From Candidatus Moanibacter sp. (GTDB lineage Bacteria; Verrucomicrobiota; Verrucomicrobiia; Opitutales; UBA2987): DNA of 64,000 bases. Positions 10,311-21,095 of the stretch are shown here, piece after piece. Both the position numbers and the translations under genes were made by a program. How positions within the stretch are numbered: the first letter of the stretch is position 1; each line of letters opens with the position of its first letter. Location: NCBI GenBank assembly GCA_965215885.1, contig CBDCEW010000098.1, positions 1 to 64,000 of the forward strand, in the 5' to 3' direction. The notes beneath the pieces are model-generated. The model was not told where the DNA came from. It did not search any database and saw only the letters and a list, made by a program, of their open reading frames with translations.

Positions 10311-10868
10311 TCACAATTCGCCGGACAAAATCCGGTTTACTTCCTCAATGTCAAATCGCTCAGGATCGAAGTCCTCGCCAGCCCACTCTGCAAGTTCCTC
10401 ATGTTCGGGACGGGTTTCGTCGTTATAGGCTTCCAGTAACCTCTCATATCCCCATACCCCACCCACGTCCTCTGGTGGACATCCCCGCCGACCGCCGATG
10501 CACTTTGGAACCGATTCACCTAGCCTGGAAGGGAGGATCTTCTCGAGGACAATTTCATGCTCCCACCCGTCGCCGAAGTCATACTCGTAGGTTATCCATT
10601 GGTTTACTCTTCTCAGTATCGCGTCAATCGGAATGCCTTCCTCTGGAATTGTATCATCCTCAAATCCTAGATCCGACATCCCAAATCGCTCGTCGCCAGC
10701 GACAAACTGATGCAAATGTGTGTGGGTCCACCCCATCGCGATCTGGATTACATAATGTAGCTCGCTTAGATCGGTTGTCCTCGAGATAACCAGTCGCCGC
10801 CATATCGACGGTTTAACACCTTCCAGCGAGACCTTGATTTGATACAGATTGTGGAGATCCCCAGCCAT
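10311..10868 (-). CDS. Plasmid pRiA4b ORF-3 family protein
   Basis: IWRR...LH..IQIAMGW...HLHQF...YEYDFGDGWEH...CPPEDVGG. Confidence 0.95.
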   Translation of the reverse strand: MAGDLHNLYQIKVSLEGVKPSIWRRLVISRTTDLSELHYVIQIAMGWTHTHLHQFVAGDERFGMSDLGFEDDTIPEEGIPIDAILRRVNQWITYEYDFGDGWEHEIVLEKILPSRLGESVPKCIGGRRGCPPEDVGGVWGYERLLEAYNDETRPEHEELAEWAGEDFDPERFDIEEVNRILSGEL

Positions 10869-10967
10869 TTCTAGCTCCTCATCTATTCGTAGAACGCTGT
10901 TTTGAGACGAACAAATAAGGATCGTATCGAACAACGGGTACGTAATGTTAATTCTATTATTAATTTG

Positions 10968-12143
10968 TTAAGAATCAAAAATGAAAAAGACCATTACGCT
11001 GCCATCACCCAGTGCAACAACACGCGCATCGAAATCCTCGAACCTCTCTAACTCGATAAGCGCTCTTCTAGCTATTGAAGTAATATAGCCTTCATCGTAG
11101 ATCGTCCCTATGTCAGCTTCGGTTATCAAATGCAGATTACTCGAATCCGGCTCTTTCTCACCATCAACGAAAAATTCGACCCTCTTTAGTATCGATACCC
11201 GGGATCGATCACTTTTGGACGGAATCTTATGATCCACGGCCATGAGCACTCCATCATACCTGCAGAGAACGAAATACGTATCCTCCTCTCGAAATTTCCG
11301 CAGAACCTTAATCCGGTCGATCTTTTTTCCAATCTGCCCCCGAAAGATTCTTCCGCTGCTCAATTGCACGATCCAGAAAATATCACGATCGTGATCGGCA
11401 CGATTCACCAATTTTAGGTCGTCGGAAATTGGATAACCTCCCGGTGTTCCGGTTGCCCTATCAGTTGGTACGGGCGTTGATGCTGGGTGGGAAGTGCCGG
11501 ATGCCTCTATTCGCGAATTCTCTACGAGCTTCAAAAACTTAAGCTCGGTGAGTCCTCCAGTGCCACCCTCGTTCTCGGGTTCCGATTCGCTTTCGGTTGT
11601 AGAACCTACCAGGATAACCTCATCCAAGGAAATCGCGATGGAGTGAGAGAATTTATGAATTTGAAATAGTGGAATCAAGGCACCGTTTTCATTTGCGAGG
11701 AACCAGGATTTTACCTGCGTATTCGCATAATCAATCACTATCGTATGGTTCCGCCTATCTCCAGGGCGCATTCTTGCTGAGAAGTGGACACCGATATCTC
11801 GCTCCTTCCATTTGATTGGTGCACCATTGGCGGCAAACGCATTTCCGAATCGGATCGTATTCAATTGATCAATAATCACCTCTCCACCTTCCTCGATTCG
11901 GACCTGATGGAAGTCTATTACCTGTACACTTTCCCGGCTCAGGAGGTTTTGGAGAAGATTGCTGTGGTCGGTTTTCGACCTTCCCTGAAGGATATCATTC
12001 AAGCCGGGCTGAAATTCTGCTAAATCCTCGTCCGGAGCAGCCAATCGATAAAAGGAAAGTGTGTAGTCGGCATCAGTCTCAGCGGCATTCAGAAACCCAC
12101 CGAAAAATACAAGAGCGAAGATGTATGAATATGAATTCCTCAT
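10968..12143 (-). CDS. Hypothetical exported protein
   Basis: ~390-aa ORF with signal-peptide-like N-terminus; stop overlaps TCTTAAC. Confidence 0.7.
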   Translation of the reverse strand: MRNSYSYIFALVFFGGFLNAAETDADYTLSFYRLAAPDEDLAEFQPGLNDILQGRSKTDHSNLLQNLLSRESVQVIDFHQVRIEEGGEVIIDQLNTIRFGNAFAANGAPIKWKERDIGVHFSARMRPGDRRNHTIVIDYANTQVKSWFLANENGALIPLFQIHKFSHSIAISLDEVILVGSTTESESEPENEGGTGGLTELKFLKLVENSRIEASGTSHPASTPVPTDRATGTPGGYPISDDLKLVNRADHDRDIFWIVQLSSGRIFRGQIGKKIDRIKVLRKFREEDTYFVLCRYDGVLMAVDHKIPSKSDRSRVSILKRVEFFVDGEKEPDSSNLHLITEADIGTIYDEGYITSIARRALIELERFEDFDARVVALGDGSVMVFFIFDS

Positions 12144-12405
12144 GATCTCAATCACTTTCTGCGAGACCAGTAGCATCATTGACCAGCATATTGGGTCGAG
12201 CCTGTGGAAATTTCAAGTTGTGTCTGCCCTGATAAAGTATCGATCAGCCGCATCGCGGGGAAACCCTCCTTGGCCTGAGGCTGTCGAAGGCCTACACCTT
12301 TGCGGGTAGTCGAGCTGGTCCGACCTCCTAAATTCCCGGCAGGTTGTAGGAAAGCCTTCTCGACACTGCGTTCTTCGGTTCCGGTTTTGAGCTTGTGCCG
12401 CACGG

Positions 12406-12459
12406 TCACAGTTCCCCGGATAGGATCCGGTTCACTTCCTTAAGGTCATATCGCTCAGG
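12406..12459 (-). pseudogene. 3' remnant of a second pRiA4b ORF-3 gene
   Basis: Encodes PERYDLKEVNRILSGEL* versus PERFDIEEVNRILSGEL* at the end of 10311-10868. Confidence 0.8.
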
Positions 12460-12658
12460 ACGAGAAGGAAATTGATCCTTCAGTAGATAACGGCGACTAA
12501 GCTTACGACAAAGGACCGACTGTAGCCTTGCCCCTCCTGCCCTTCTCCCCGTCTCCGTCTCTCTCCCTCCTCTCCCCCTTTGCGACTTCTTGACAGGGCG
12601 TAGTGCCGCCTGCGGGTCGAAGACCGTTGCGTGAGAAATCTTTTCTTCTTCACTCCGT

Positions 12659-13426
12659 TCAAATCTTCTCAGAGAGCCGTTTAATCCATTGGTTCTTACT
12701 TAGGGGATGGTAAGAGAGGAGCTCACCGTTATAGATGACATTGAATACACCATACGCCGATGGCGCGGTGTTATGGACCTGTCTCGCGGTTGTCAATTCG
12801 ATCTCCTTAAAGGCCAGATTCATTGATTCCGCAACCTCTCGAATGTCCGCAACGGATTGATCGATGTAGGGACATTGATCGGTCCTCAATACCGTAATCT
12901 CATCACCGTATTTCTTAACCCGTCTCTCCAGGTTCTTCGGAAACTGTGGCGATTCAGAGTGCTTATCAAACTTCAAGGCGGCCAATTTAAAGGAAGGTGG
13001 CGACTCATCAACGATCTCAAATCCCTTCCGCAGGAAGAAACCTTCGGCAGCCAGCCAGTTTCCGCTACTGGTAACCATTACCACTCCTTTCAAGTTCTGC
13101 TTCTTTGCCTCTCTTTTGCACGCATTGAGCAGAAATCCGCCGCAGCCGTTACCTTTGCTTTTCCCAATAACCCAGATGCAATGGATTACCATGTAGTCCG
13201 CTGCCTGCACCGCTCTCCAGGCGTATCTGCCGGGTATATACTCAATAAAGGCGCGTCCCCCAGTTTTGAGGATTTTCATCTTCATCCCCTCGGCGAAACG
13301 CTTCTTCAGCCACCGCAGTTTTCTCTGATAGCCCTCCGTATTGACTTTGCTCTTCTGGCAGAAGAATCCCACTTCTTCCACGTTCTGTTCATTCACATCG
13401 ATAACGCTGAACTGACTCTTTTTCAT
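12659..13426 (-). CDS. GNAT acetyltransferase with YoaP-like C-terminal domain
   Basis: FIEYIPG.YAWR, IHCIWV, DQCPY, APSAYG.F.VIYNG. Confidence 0.9.
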   Translation of the reverse strand: MKKSQFSVIDVNEQNVEEVGFFCQKSKVNTEGYQRKLRWLKKRFAEGMKMKILKTGGRAFIEYIPGRYAWRAVQAADYMVIHCIWVIGKSKGNGCGGFLLNACKREAKKQNLKGVVMVTSSGNWLAAEGFFLRKGFEIVDESPPSFKLAALKFDKHSESPQFPKNLERRVKKYGDEITVLRTDQCPYIDQSVADIREVAESMNLAFKEIELTTARQVHNTAPSAYGVFNVIYNGELLSYHPLSKNQWIKRLSEKI

Positions 13427-13531
13427 CTTTCTAAATTTTCAGACAAGCTCTGATTAATGTGATCGTGGTCCCGGGTTTCATATGTCGCTCAACCAGATTC
13501 TCCGTCACCGAACTAACACGATTTTTCCCAC

Positions 13532-14047
13532 TCACGTACCACGGAATCTCCCATACTCATCCGGAATTTCAATCCCGAATCGTTCGCTGAGCGCCGACAC
13601 GTCGTGGTAGTCCTTCATTTTGAGGTCATAACCTGTGTGAAACTTGACCATCCACTCCGGTGAAATGCAATCGACCGTATAGCCATCAATGATCCCTTTC
13701 CCCGCCAGCGATTCGGCCGGATACGGGAGCCCAAAGATACAATTACCTTCAGCATCCAAGGTATATGAATGAACATCCACCTCATGTCTGGATTCATCAG
13801 CCAGGACAAAGTTGCACTCCCAGGAGTCATCCCTTGGGATTTCTCTGTAGCCTCGTGATTCGAGGAGTTCCCGCAGCTTCGGAACACCGGCATGCTCCAT
13901 GGCGATGTCGAGGTCGGCATGCGGACGAGTTTGCTCGCCCAATAGGGCATCGACTCCCCAGCCGCCATCGACGTGAACGTTGATGCAGTTTTCAGCGAGA
14001 AACTGAATGATCTCCACTGCGTCTGTCGCTGTCATTTCGGTGTCCAT
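13532..14047 (-). CDS. Lnu/ANT(2'')-like nucleotidyltransferase
   Basis: VDGGWGVDALLGEQTRPHADLD...VDVH...FHTGY...DYHDV. Confidence 0.85.
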   Translation of the reverse strand: MDTEMTATDAVEIIQFLAENCINVHVDGGWGVDALLGEQTRPHADLDIAMEHAGVPKLRELLESRGYREIPRDDSWECNFVLADESRHEVDVHSYTLDAEGNCIFGLPYPAESLAGKGIIDGYTVDCISPEWMVKFHTGYDLKMKDYHDVSALSERFGIEIPDEYGRFRGT

Positions 14048-14367
14048 CCTGTTTCTGTGAGAACTACGAATGACGCGAATGTTTTCTATGTTCTTTCCAG
14101 CGACTCTCACTCCACTGATCGCATAGAGTTTCCGCTGAATTCTGCACCCTAATCGATCGAGCACCACAAGGAACAGTGGGATGGCTACTGCATCAGCGGG
14201 CCAAGTTTTCGTGCTTTCCCTATTTGCCGAACCACTTCTGATTCGGTTCTTGCTGTTCAGCAGAGTCTTCGACATTTCGGCTTCTCGACAGGGCGTAGTC
14301 CGCTTGTGGGTCGAAGACCGTTGCGTGGGAAAATCGAAGCACCTGACTCTTCGTTCAGGAAGCGTCC

Positions 14368-15312
14368 TTACCTCCGGAAAGGCTCGAGATCCAACCCCGG
14401 ATAACGCAATGCAAGCGCCTTCAGGTTCTCTTCGGTCCAGTAGGGATGACCAGGTGGAGGAAATCCGAAGAGCTGGAGCTGTCGGACTGAGGCACGCTCA
14501 ACAAAGGCGTGCCATTCTGGTTCGTGTGCCTGATTGGCCCACGCAATCCGGCCGGCCCATTCCGTAGCAGCGGAGCGGTAGCTCACGTGGATTGAAAAGC
14601 GTGCGCCTCGCGGTTCCGTGAGCGCTGTGCCTCGATGAAAGGTCCCGATGCTGTAGGCTGCGACCGAACCCGCGGGACCCTTGCCGGAGACCTCTTTAGC
14701 ATACCAATCCGGGCGCTCCTCGCGCGACAGCCAATTCGGAAGCGCGGGAGCGTTCTGGGTGACTATCCTGGATACATAATGCGGCGGACCGAGTTCTTCA
14801 GGAACGTCACACAGATAGAGAAAGATCTCAATCTGCTTGAATTCTCTGTGCTCGCTCGGAACCAGGAGAGTGTGGTTGAGGTAGTCCCGGTGATGCGATT
14901 GATCGTAATCGGCCGCACCGGTGTATTTGGCCCATGCTTCAGCTGAGTAGATACGAATGTCTTCGGTCCCGAGCATCGCTTCGGCGAGGGCAACCAGGCG
15001 TGGATGAACGGCAAGAAGACTCAGCTCGACGCTTGTGAACGGAAAGTTGGTAATTCCAGCGAACTCGTCGATACGGTACTTCTCGTTGCGTTGCTCGTCT
15101 GCGTCATCGTGAAATTCGTCGCGGCGAGGAAACAGCATCGGAAGCTCACGTTGAGCAGGCGCGAGTTCACTCAAAGGGACGTAGCCGATTAAGATCGCAA
15201 AGCCGTGTTCCTCCCAATGCGAGATGGCACGGGCAATTTCCGCCCTACGACCGCGAGCCGGTGGTATCATGGATTGCTTCGTCATTCTTCCTCGCAATGA
15301 CAGGTGAGACAT
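14368..15312 (-). CDS. Phytanoyl-CoA dioxygenase (PhyH) family protein
   Basis: HRD (HxD) and distal FHRG iron ligands. Confidence 0.85.
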   Translation of the reverse strand: MSHLSLRGRMTKQSMIPPARGRRAEIARAISHWEEHGFAILIGYVPLSELAPAQRELPMLFPRRDEFHDDADEQRNEKYRIDEFAGITNFPFTSVELSLLAVHPRLVALAEAMLGTEDIRIYSAEAWAKYTGAADYDQSHHRDYLNHTLLVPSEHREFKQIEIFLYLCDVPEELGPPHYVSRIVTQNAPALPNWLSREERPDWYAKEVSGKGPAGSVAAYSIGTFHRGTALTEPRGARFSIHVSYRSAATEWAGRIAWANQAHEPEWHAFVERASVRQLQLFGFPPPGHPYWTEENLKALALRYPGLDLEPFRR

Positions 15313-15394
15313 AGCGTAACAAATCTACACTCTTTGCATTGAAGTCGATCCGCATTAAGGACGAGAACCCTCAATCGCCCGTCCTTCCGCCACC

Positions 15395-15841
15395 TCACGA
15401 AAATAACTGGTTTGCGCGTTCAGCAATCTCTTCCGGAGAGAGGTCTTCAATCTGTTGTGAGAAGGACCACCGGTACCCGAAAGGACCTCGAATCATTGCG
15501 GCACGCGACCCCCAGAATTCGTCCTTTGGCTTGTTCAGCGAAGTGGCGCCTGCCTCCATCGCTCTTTCGTAGGAATTATCACAGTCGTCCGTCGAAATGC
15601 TGAAAAGGCATGAGGAAGTTCCATCCTCCGGCATGGCAACAGCGTGCCAATCCGGCGCCTCATCTGACATGTAAATCCGGGTATCTCCAATCATGAATTC
15701 GGCATGCGCTACACCTCCGTCCGGGATCGACATGCGGTATAATTCCTTCGCGCCGAGGGCCCTGGAATAGAAATCCAGCGCACTTGCCGAGTTTTTTACG
15801 GTATGTGATAGCGATACAGTAGGTTCTTCTTCCGGGTCCAT
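15395..15841 (-). CDS. VOC/PhnB-like protein
   Basis: ALDFY..ALGA.E...HAEF.IG...FWG.R...PFGYRW. Confidence 0.9.
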   Translation of the reverse strand: MDPEEEPTVSLSHTVKNSASALDFYSRALGAKELYRMSIPDGGVAHAEFMIGDTRIYMSDEAPDWHAVAMPEDGTSSCLFSISTDDCDNSYERAMEAGATSLNKPKDEFWGSRAAMIRGPFGYRWSFSQQIEDLSPEEIAERANQLFS

Positions 15842-16051
15842 ATTCTCACCCTGTTAGATATCCTCTTCAATTACATACGTTCTAAGAACGGCGACAAGCT
15901 TTCCAGTCAGGCGTTTGAAGAGAGCCTCGATTCGTCTCTGTTGCTGATATGCTTTAGCTTCGGTCATTGATTGATAAGACTCGAACGGAGGCGTTCCCTC
16001 AAGCCATATCGCGTCATTTGAGGTACTGCTTCATGGCCGGAGAGAGGCAAG

Positions 16052-16120
16052 AATCGAAAAGCTTCCGCTTTCCGCTACGGGCTAAATCCGAGCGTGTAGC
16101 GGAAAGCGGAAGCTTTTCGC
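16052..16120. repeat. GTAG-type REP doublet (gtagcggaaagcggaagcttttcg); also at ~20993-21045 and ~37965-38033
   Basis: Three loci with the same inverted pair. Confidence 0.85.
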
Positions 16121-16220
16121 CTTCTTGGACGCCAATAGTTTCACCCTGCTGTACGGCAGAGTTTGATCCGACATGCCATAATGCGCCGGGGGACCGCCTG
16201 ACCTAAATCCAGCCGATGAG

Positions 16221-17000
16221 TCATCTGTTGACCGTTCTCAAAGTAAGAACTGACTCATAGTGCTTTTGAACCTTTCCGCCGAATTCGCCGTTGATCAAGT
16301 CCGCAATTCCCGCAATAAGGGCCTTCCTCTGCGGGTCGGGCAGATTGATATGGTCCGAATAAGTGCTGAGCAATTCGATGTACTCCTTCGCAGAATAATC
16401 CATGGACCAGGGATACCGGCGTATAACCGGATCCTGAAACAATTCCTGACCGACAGGATTTTGCCGGCTTTTTCCTTTCGTTGACTGACCTCTCGCCATG
16501 GAAGGAGCGTGAGCGTCATAGACATCCTGCACACGTGCGAAGAAGCCTTCATTCTTTCGAATGTGGGTATTTGAAAACACCGCAAGCGCTCCTGTGGACT
16601 TGAGGACCTCCGCGCACTTGATATAAGCAACCTTCGGGTCTACCCAATGAAAAGACGTGGCTGCGATCACTAGATCATACACCTGGTTGCGGGGTTCCCA
16701 GTCTTCAAATGAGCTCACCACGACGCGCACATATTGGATTCTTTCAAATTTGGTGGCCGCCACAGCTGCCAGGTCGCCTCCAATGTCCAAGCAGTCCATC
16801 GAATACCCCCGGTCGGCGAAAGCTTCGGTCGCTTTCCCGGTCCCGCACCCTATCTCAAGGATTCGACCCTGTTCCGGGATTTGGGAGAGGCTAATCACGT
16901 CCTCGATGAGCGCCTCCGGATAGCCCGGACGAATCCGATCGTAAACATCTGCGCTTCGGTTGAACGTCTCTCGCAGCTGTTCTCTATTTTTGTTCATCAT
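16221..17000 (-). CDS. Class I SAM-dependent methyltransferase
   Basis: YD.IRPGYP, LEIGCGTG, AATSFHW. Confidence 0.9.
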   Translation of the reverse strand: MMNKNREQLRETFNRSADVYDRIRPGYPEALIEDVISLSQIPEQGRILEIGCGTGKATEAFADRGYSMDCLDIGGDLAAVAATKFERIQYVRVVVSSFEDWEPRNQVYDLVIAATSFHWVDPKVAYIKCAEVLKSTGALAVFSNTHIRKNEGFFARVQDVYDAHAPSMARGQSTKGKSRQNPVGQELFQDPVIRRYPWSMDYSAKEYIELLSTYSDHINLPDPQRKALIAGIADLINGEFGGKVQKHYESVLTLRTVNR

Positions 17001-17135
17001 CTTTGACTGAAGGTAGGGTTCTGGCTTAATATCTCCCATCGTTACACAGCAGCGATTCATTCCTGATTCTGCCGAAAATTCCCCGAGACGAGAGGTTCCC
17101 TCCCGGGAGGGGCAGGGGTGGGTTGAGTCAGATCC

Positions 17136-17672
17136 TCAATCATGTGTAATTCTTGAGACGGCTTGGCGAGGAAACCCCTTCTTTGCCAATTCGATGATCT
17201 CTTCCACCATAGCCTTCTTCCCACCCATATACTTCTGCCGATCAGAATCGAAGCGTTCATCCAGCTCGAGCTTCAGGTTCGAGAGTCTCTCTCTCCATTC
17301 CCTGTTCTCTTTCAGAAACTCCCGAAAGGCCCTCAATCCATGAAGATGCGGATGGTCCGGGTAACAGGTGTACAAGTGGTGTCTTGGTAATTCGATATGC
17401 CGTGGAAGGTAGTCGTAGGCTTCACGGCCTCGAATACCGAGGTCTCCCTGATGGCGATACTCCAAATCTCCCAGTTCGGCGATCGCCTGCTCCATTTTGC
17501 CCTCGGGCACCACCATCATGATGTCGATGATCGGTTTGGCCACCATCCTCGGAATTGAGGTGCTGCCAAAGTGTTCTATCGATTCGTAAGTCCGCACCCC
17601 AGAAAGAAGATACTCACGAATCCTGCGAAAATCATCCGGCCAACGATTCTGATATTCTGTTACTAATGACAT
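17136..17672 (-). CDS. GrpB/UPF0157 nucleotidyltransferase-fold protein
   Basis: IEHFGSTSIP..AKPIIDI...HHLY...FREFL. Confidence 0.9.
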   Translation of the reverse strand: MSLVTEYQNRWPDDFRRIREYLLSGVRTYESIEHFGSTSIPRMVAKPIIDIMMVVPEGKMEQAIAELGDLEYRHQGDLGIRGREAYDYLPRHIELPRHHLYTCYPDHPHLHGLRAFREFLKENREWRERLSNLKLELDERFDSDRQKYMGGKKAMVEEIIELAKKGFPRQAVSRITHD

Positions 17673-17947
17673 CGAAATGAGACATCTCAGTCCATGCGGT
17701 TCTGCGGGGTCGAATTGGGGCGATATCTGTAGAGTAGATCTTCTATGTTCATATTTCGCCGAAATACGAACATAGGGCTGTTAAGATAACCTCATTCCGT
17801 CGTCCAACTTGCACTAAGTCCTTCTACGGAATCGAAATAGTCGACGTCCTTGTCCCGAATACTTTTCCTCTCTTATTTAGCTCCGTTTCTCTCAGTTTCC
17901 TCCTGTTTAATTTTCTTCGTGATTTCTTTTCTTGCTTCCTAATTGAA

Positions 17948-18652
17948 CTACCAGAGCATCTCGTCAGCATCCAAATCAAAGTACCTCCCGTTGTCCTCTG
18001 CTTCCAGGCTATCAATCTTCTCTTTCAATCGTACGGCCGCATCGGACGGATCCGTATCTGCATCATAGGCCGCAGTTTCGGTCATCAGTCTTCCGGGATG
18101 GATACTGCAAACGATACATTTTTTGAGTTCCTCGTCTTGCGACATGCAAAGCGATGCCATATTTTGAGCCGCTTTGGCGATTCTGTAAGAGTAAGAGAAT
18201 CCACGACCCTTAAACTCTTCTTTAGCATTGCGGTAGGCAGACCCCAGCCTGGAACTGATATTCACAATCTTGGATTGCCCATCGACCAGGAACGGTTGAC
18301 AGGCCTGCGTAACGCGGATTGCTCCCATGCAATGTGTAGACAACAACAGGTTGAGGTAGGAGCAATCGATCTTTGACAGGTTGATTCCCTTTCCGCCTAT
18401 ACCGGCGTTATTGATAACGAGTGACAGAACAGCTGAGTGACCCCTCAATACACCAGTGATTGTTTCACCGGCACTTTCGCGAGTGATATCGCAAACAATT
18501 GGTCTGCAGTTCGCATCGAATTCGCTCCTGATATTCTTGATAGAGGAGGCATCACGAACGATAGGATAAACGATCCAGCCGTTCGAAAGATACTCCATAA
18601 GCAGGTGGTGACCTAACCCTCGGCTACAGCCGGATATCAGGGCCTGGCTCAT
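17948..18652 (-). CDS. SDR oxidoreductase (CsgA-like)
   Basis: SGCSRGLG, INNAG, YRIAK (YxxxK), IHPG. Confidence 0.9.
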   Translation of the reverse strand: MSQALISGCSRGLGHHLLMEYLSNGWIVYPIVRDASSIKNIRSEFDANCRPIVCDITRESAGETITGVLRGHSAVLSLVINNAGIGGKGINLSKIDCSYLNLLLSTHCMGAIRVTQACQPFLVDGQSKIVNISSRLGSAYRNAKEEFKGRGFSYSYRIAKAAQNMASLCMSQDEELKKCIVCSIHPGRLMTETAAYDADTDPSDAAVRLKEKIDSLEAEDNGRYFDLDADEMLW

Positions 18653-18761
18653 ATAGGTTCACAAAAGACTCAGATTTTTCGATTACAGCAACAGTCAAGA
18701 TTCAATTCGTCCCGTCTATTCAGCTCTCACCTACGGTCAGCCTCTCAATTTCATGCTTTCC

Positions 18762-19331
18762 TTATTCAATTCTGCCTTTCTTCTGTTCTCCTGTATTTCT
18801 CCTTCGTGGTGTACCATTCGACAGCTGCTTCGTCAGGTAGAGGGCCAAATCATCGTCGACAGTGACTTCATTTCCATACTTCAAGAAGGATCCTCGTTGA
18901 GATACACCCTTTCCGTCCGGTACATAACCTCGTTTTACATACATGATCTGCGCATTCCCGTAGTCATCCGTAAGTCCGAAACCGATACCTGCGATGTCGG
19001 ATCTTTTCGACACTCTGTTCTCTGCCTCATCCATCAATGCCGTGCCAATACCCTTCCGGCGATATTTTATGAGAACATTGAAGTCCACAATTTCCGGGAT
19101 CTTTGCCTCTCTAAATGGAGGGTAAGCCGCATCCCAATCGATGGTCAGGTAACCGGCAAATTCGCCATTGATCTCTGCAATCAGAACATCCCGTCTTCCC
19201 GCTGTCTGCTCTTCAAGATACGTGTCGTACTTCTTCTTCGGTTTATTCCACCCTTGAGCAGTAAAAGCGTCGGATATCACGACGCTGTCGCTTTCTTTAA
19301 TTTGGCGAATATAGACTTTGTTGCTAATCAC
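18762..19331 (-). CDS. GNAT acetyltransferase
   Basis: DFNVLIKYRRKGIGTALM...DYGNAQ.MYVKRGY.PDG. Confidence 0.9.
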   Translation of the reverse strand: MISNKVYIRQIKESDSVVISDAFTAQGWNKPKKKYDTYLEEQTAGRRDVLIAEINGEFAGYLTIDWDAAYPPFREAKIPEIVDFNVLIKYRRKGIGTALMDEAENRVSKRSDIAGIGFGLTDDYGNAQIMYVKRGYVPDGKGVSQRGSFLKYGNEVTVDDDLALYLTKQLSNGTPRRRNTGEQKKGRIE

Positions 19332-19334
19332 TAT

Positions 19335-19616
19335 TCATTTCGGTGGGCTAGGATTTTTCCCGTATAACATACTTAGGTCGGCTGTATTCCTCAAAGCCGA
19401 GTATTTCAGCAACGTGCAATGATGCCCAATTGTCTGACCCTGTCGACCAGACCGGCGTGCATCGAAAGCACTCGGTTCACCCAGCACGTACGCTCTGGCA
19501 AGGCCGCGACTAAGGCAGTGAATATCCATCGTCGTCTCAGGTCCGCTCTCGAGGGCTGCCGCCAATCTGCAGGATTGGTCACGGTCGAGGGGCTCATGGG
19601 TATCCGATTCGAGCAT
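19335..19616 (-). pseudogene. Probable truncated gene (N-terminal fragment)
   Basis: Coding-like N-terminus that loses coherence after ~FDA; family uncertain. Confidence 0.4.
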
Positions 19617-19628
19617 TTGAATGTCTTC

Positions 19629-20108
19629 TTACTCAAACTTATCGCCTCCGTCCGGCTTGTCGCAATCCTCCTGACCCGGATAGCTTATCTCGTTTCCCCA
19701 GCTTTCAACCTCCGCAAGAAGCCCATCCACGCCTAGAAGACCGGCTGCCCAAAGGAACACCCGATCCCGTTCAGGGATTTCGGTCAGCTTCAACCATCGG
19801 ACGTCCACCAGAACCTCCTGCCCAACTGGAACTTCAGGATCGTATCCCAGTGACGGGTCCTGATCTTCGACGTCGACGAGGAATGAGACAGTCTCGTCAT
19901 CGGGTTTGTAGCAGACATGGGAGGTTTCTCTCACAATCGTTCCCTTTACATTGCATTCCTCTCTCAACTCACGCAACGCGCCTTCCATTGGCGTTTCACG
20001 ATCTTCCAATGCTCCTCCAGGCAGACACCACCATTCTTGCTCGTTATGGCGGTGTTTTACCATGAGCACCCGGTCATCACGAACCACTATCGCTTGAACC
20101 CGCGGCAT
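19629..20108 (-). CDS. NUDIX hydrolase
   Basis: PGGALEDRETPMEGALRELREE Nudix box. Confidence 0.9.
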   Translation of the reverse strand: MPRVQAIVVRDDRVLMVKHRHNEQEWWCLPGGALEDRETPMEGALRELREECNVKGTIVRETSHVCYKPDDETVSFLVDVEDQDPSLGYDPEVPVGQEVLVDVRWLKLTEIPERDRVFLWAAGLLGVDGLLAEVESWGNEISYPGQEDCDKPDGGDKFE

Positions 20109-20123
20109 ACTTTCCTCTACCAA

Positions 20124-20993
20124 TCAGATTGGTTTTCTTCCAAGAGTATATCCGCACCTTAGATTCTCTGGATATTTCCCGCCGGCGTCATGCGCGAGTA
20201 GTGCATCTTTGAGATCGGCCTGAAACGCCCCAACTCTACCACCCAGGACTTTCTTCGAACAGACAGAAGTAGAGAATAGATTTCCAATAACCGAATCCAC
20301 TGTCCAGACATGCGGTTCGACAAAGGAATAATTAAAAACTTCCTCAAATCCAGCTTCCTTTAAGACAAGCTGACTATGGTCAGGTCCCCTGCCCGGTTCT
20401 GGAAGCATTGAATCTTTTTCCCGCCCACCCTTACGATTCACCCATTTCCCTACCGTGTCCGAGACGATTCGTTTCCACGTCTCCGTCCCACTTCTGATGT
20501 TGTAGCACCCTATCGTGGCCAGAAAGCACCCGGACGACAACCACCGGAGCGCCTGCTTGGCGATATGCCACTGATCGAGTCGGTGGAATGCCTCTCCGAT
20601 TGTAATCAACTCAAAGGATGCTGACTCTGCTTCCAACTCCTCGGCTTTGCCGACCATCCACCTGATGTTACCTATTCTCCGTTGTTCTGCCTCTTGTCTG
20701 CCGACCTCGATCATCTCGGGTTCCAGATCGATGGCCCACACCTCCCGAAACCGAGAAGCGAGAGAAAGAGCCACGCGTCCCGGACCACATGCCAGATCGA
20801 GCAGCCTACCCTCGCCCGTAATACCTGATCGTTTCGTGAGGTCCTCAATAAGAGCATTTGGATACGGTGCACGGTAGCGGGCATAGTAGCTCGCCGTACC
20901 GGCAAAAGCATCAGCAGGATAGTCCGGTTTGACGTAGCGGGTAGGTCTCATCTCTTGGTATTCTGTCAAAGGCGTGACGAAATGCTCCCGCAT
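20124..20993 (-). CDS. Class I SAM-dependent methyltransferase
   Basis: YARYRAPYP, LDLACGPG, GEAFH; start uncertain. Confidence 0.85.
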   Translation of the reverse strand: MREHFVTPLTEYQEMRPTRYVKPDYPADAFAGTASYYARYRAPYPNALIEDLTKRSGITGEGRLLDLACGPGRVALSLASRFREVWAIDLEPEMIEVGRQEAEQRRIGNIRWMVGKAEELEAESASFELITIGEAFHRLDQWHIAKQALRWLSSGCFLATIGCYNIRSGTETWKRIVSDTVGKWVNRKGGREKDSMLPEPGRGPDHSQLVLKEAGFEEVFNYSFVEPHVWTVDSVIGNLFSTSVCSKKVLGGRVGAFQADLKDALLAHDAGGKYPENLRCGYTLGRKPI

Positions 20994-21095
20994 TCCGCTA
21001 CGGCTTGCTGACCCTACCGTAGCGGAAAGCGGAAGCTTTTCGATCTTCACATTCCCCGAGCTGACACAGGATCGCGTGATTTCGTCGAAACCGAT

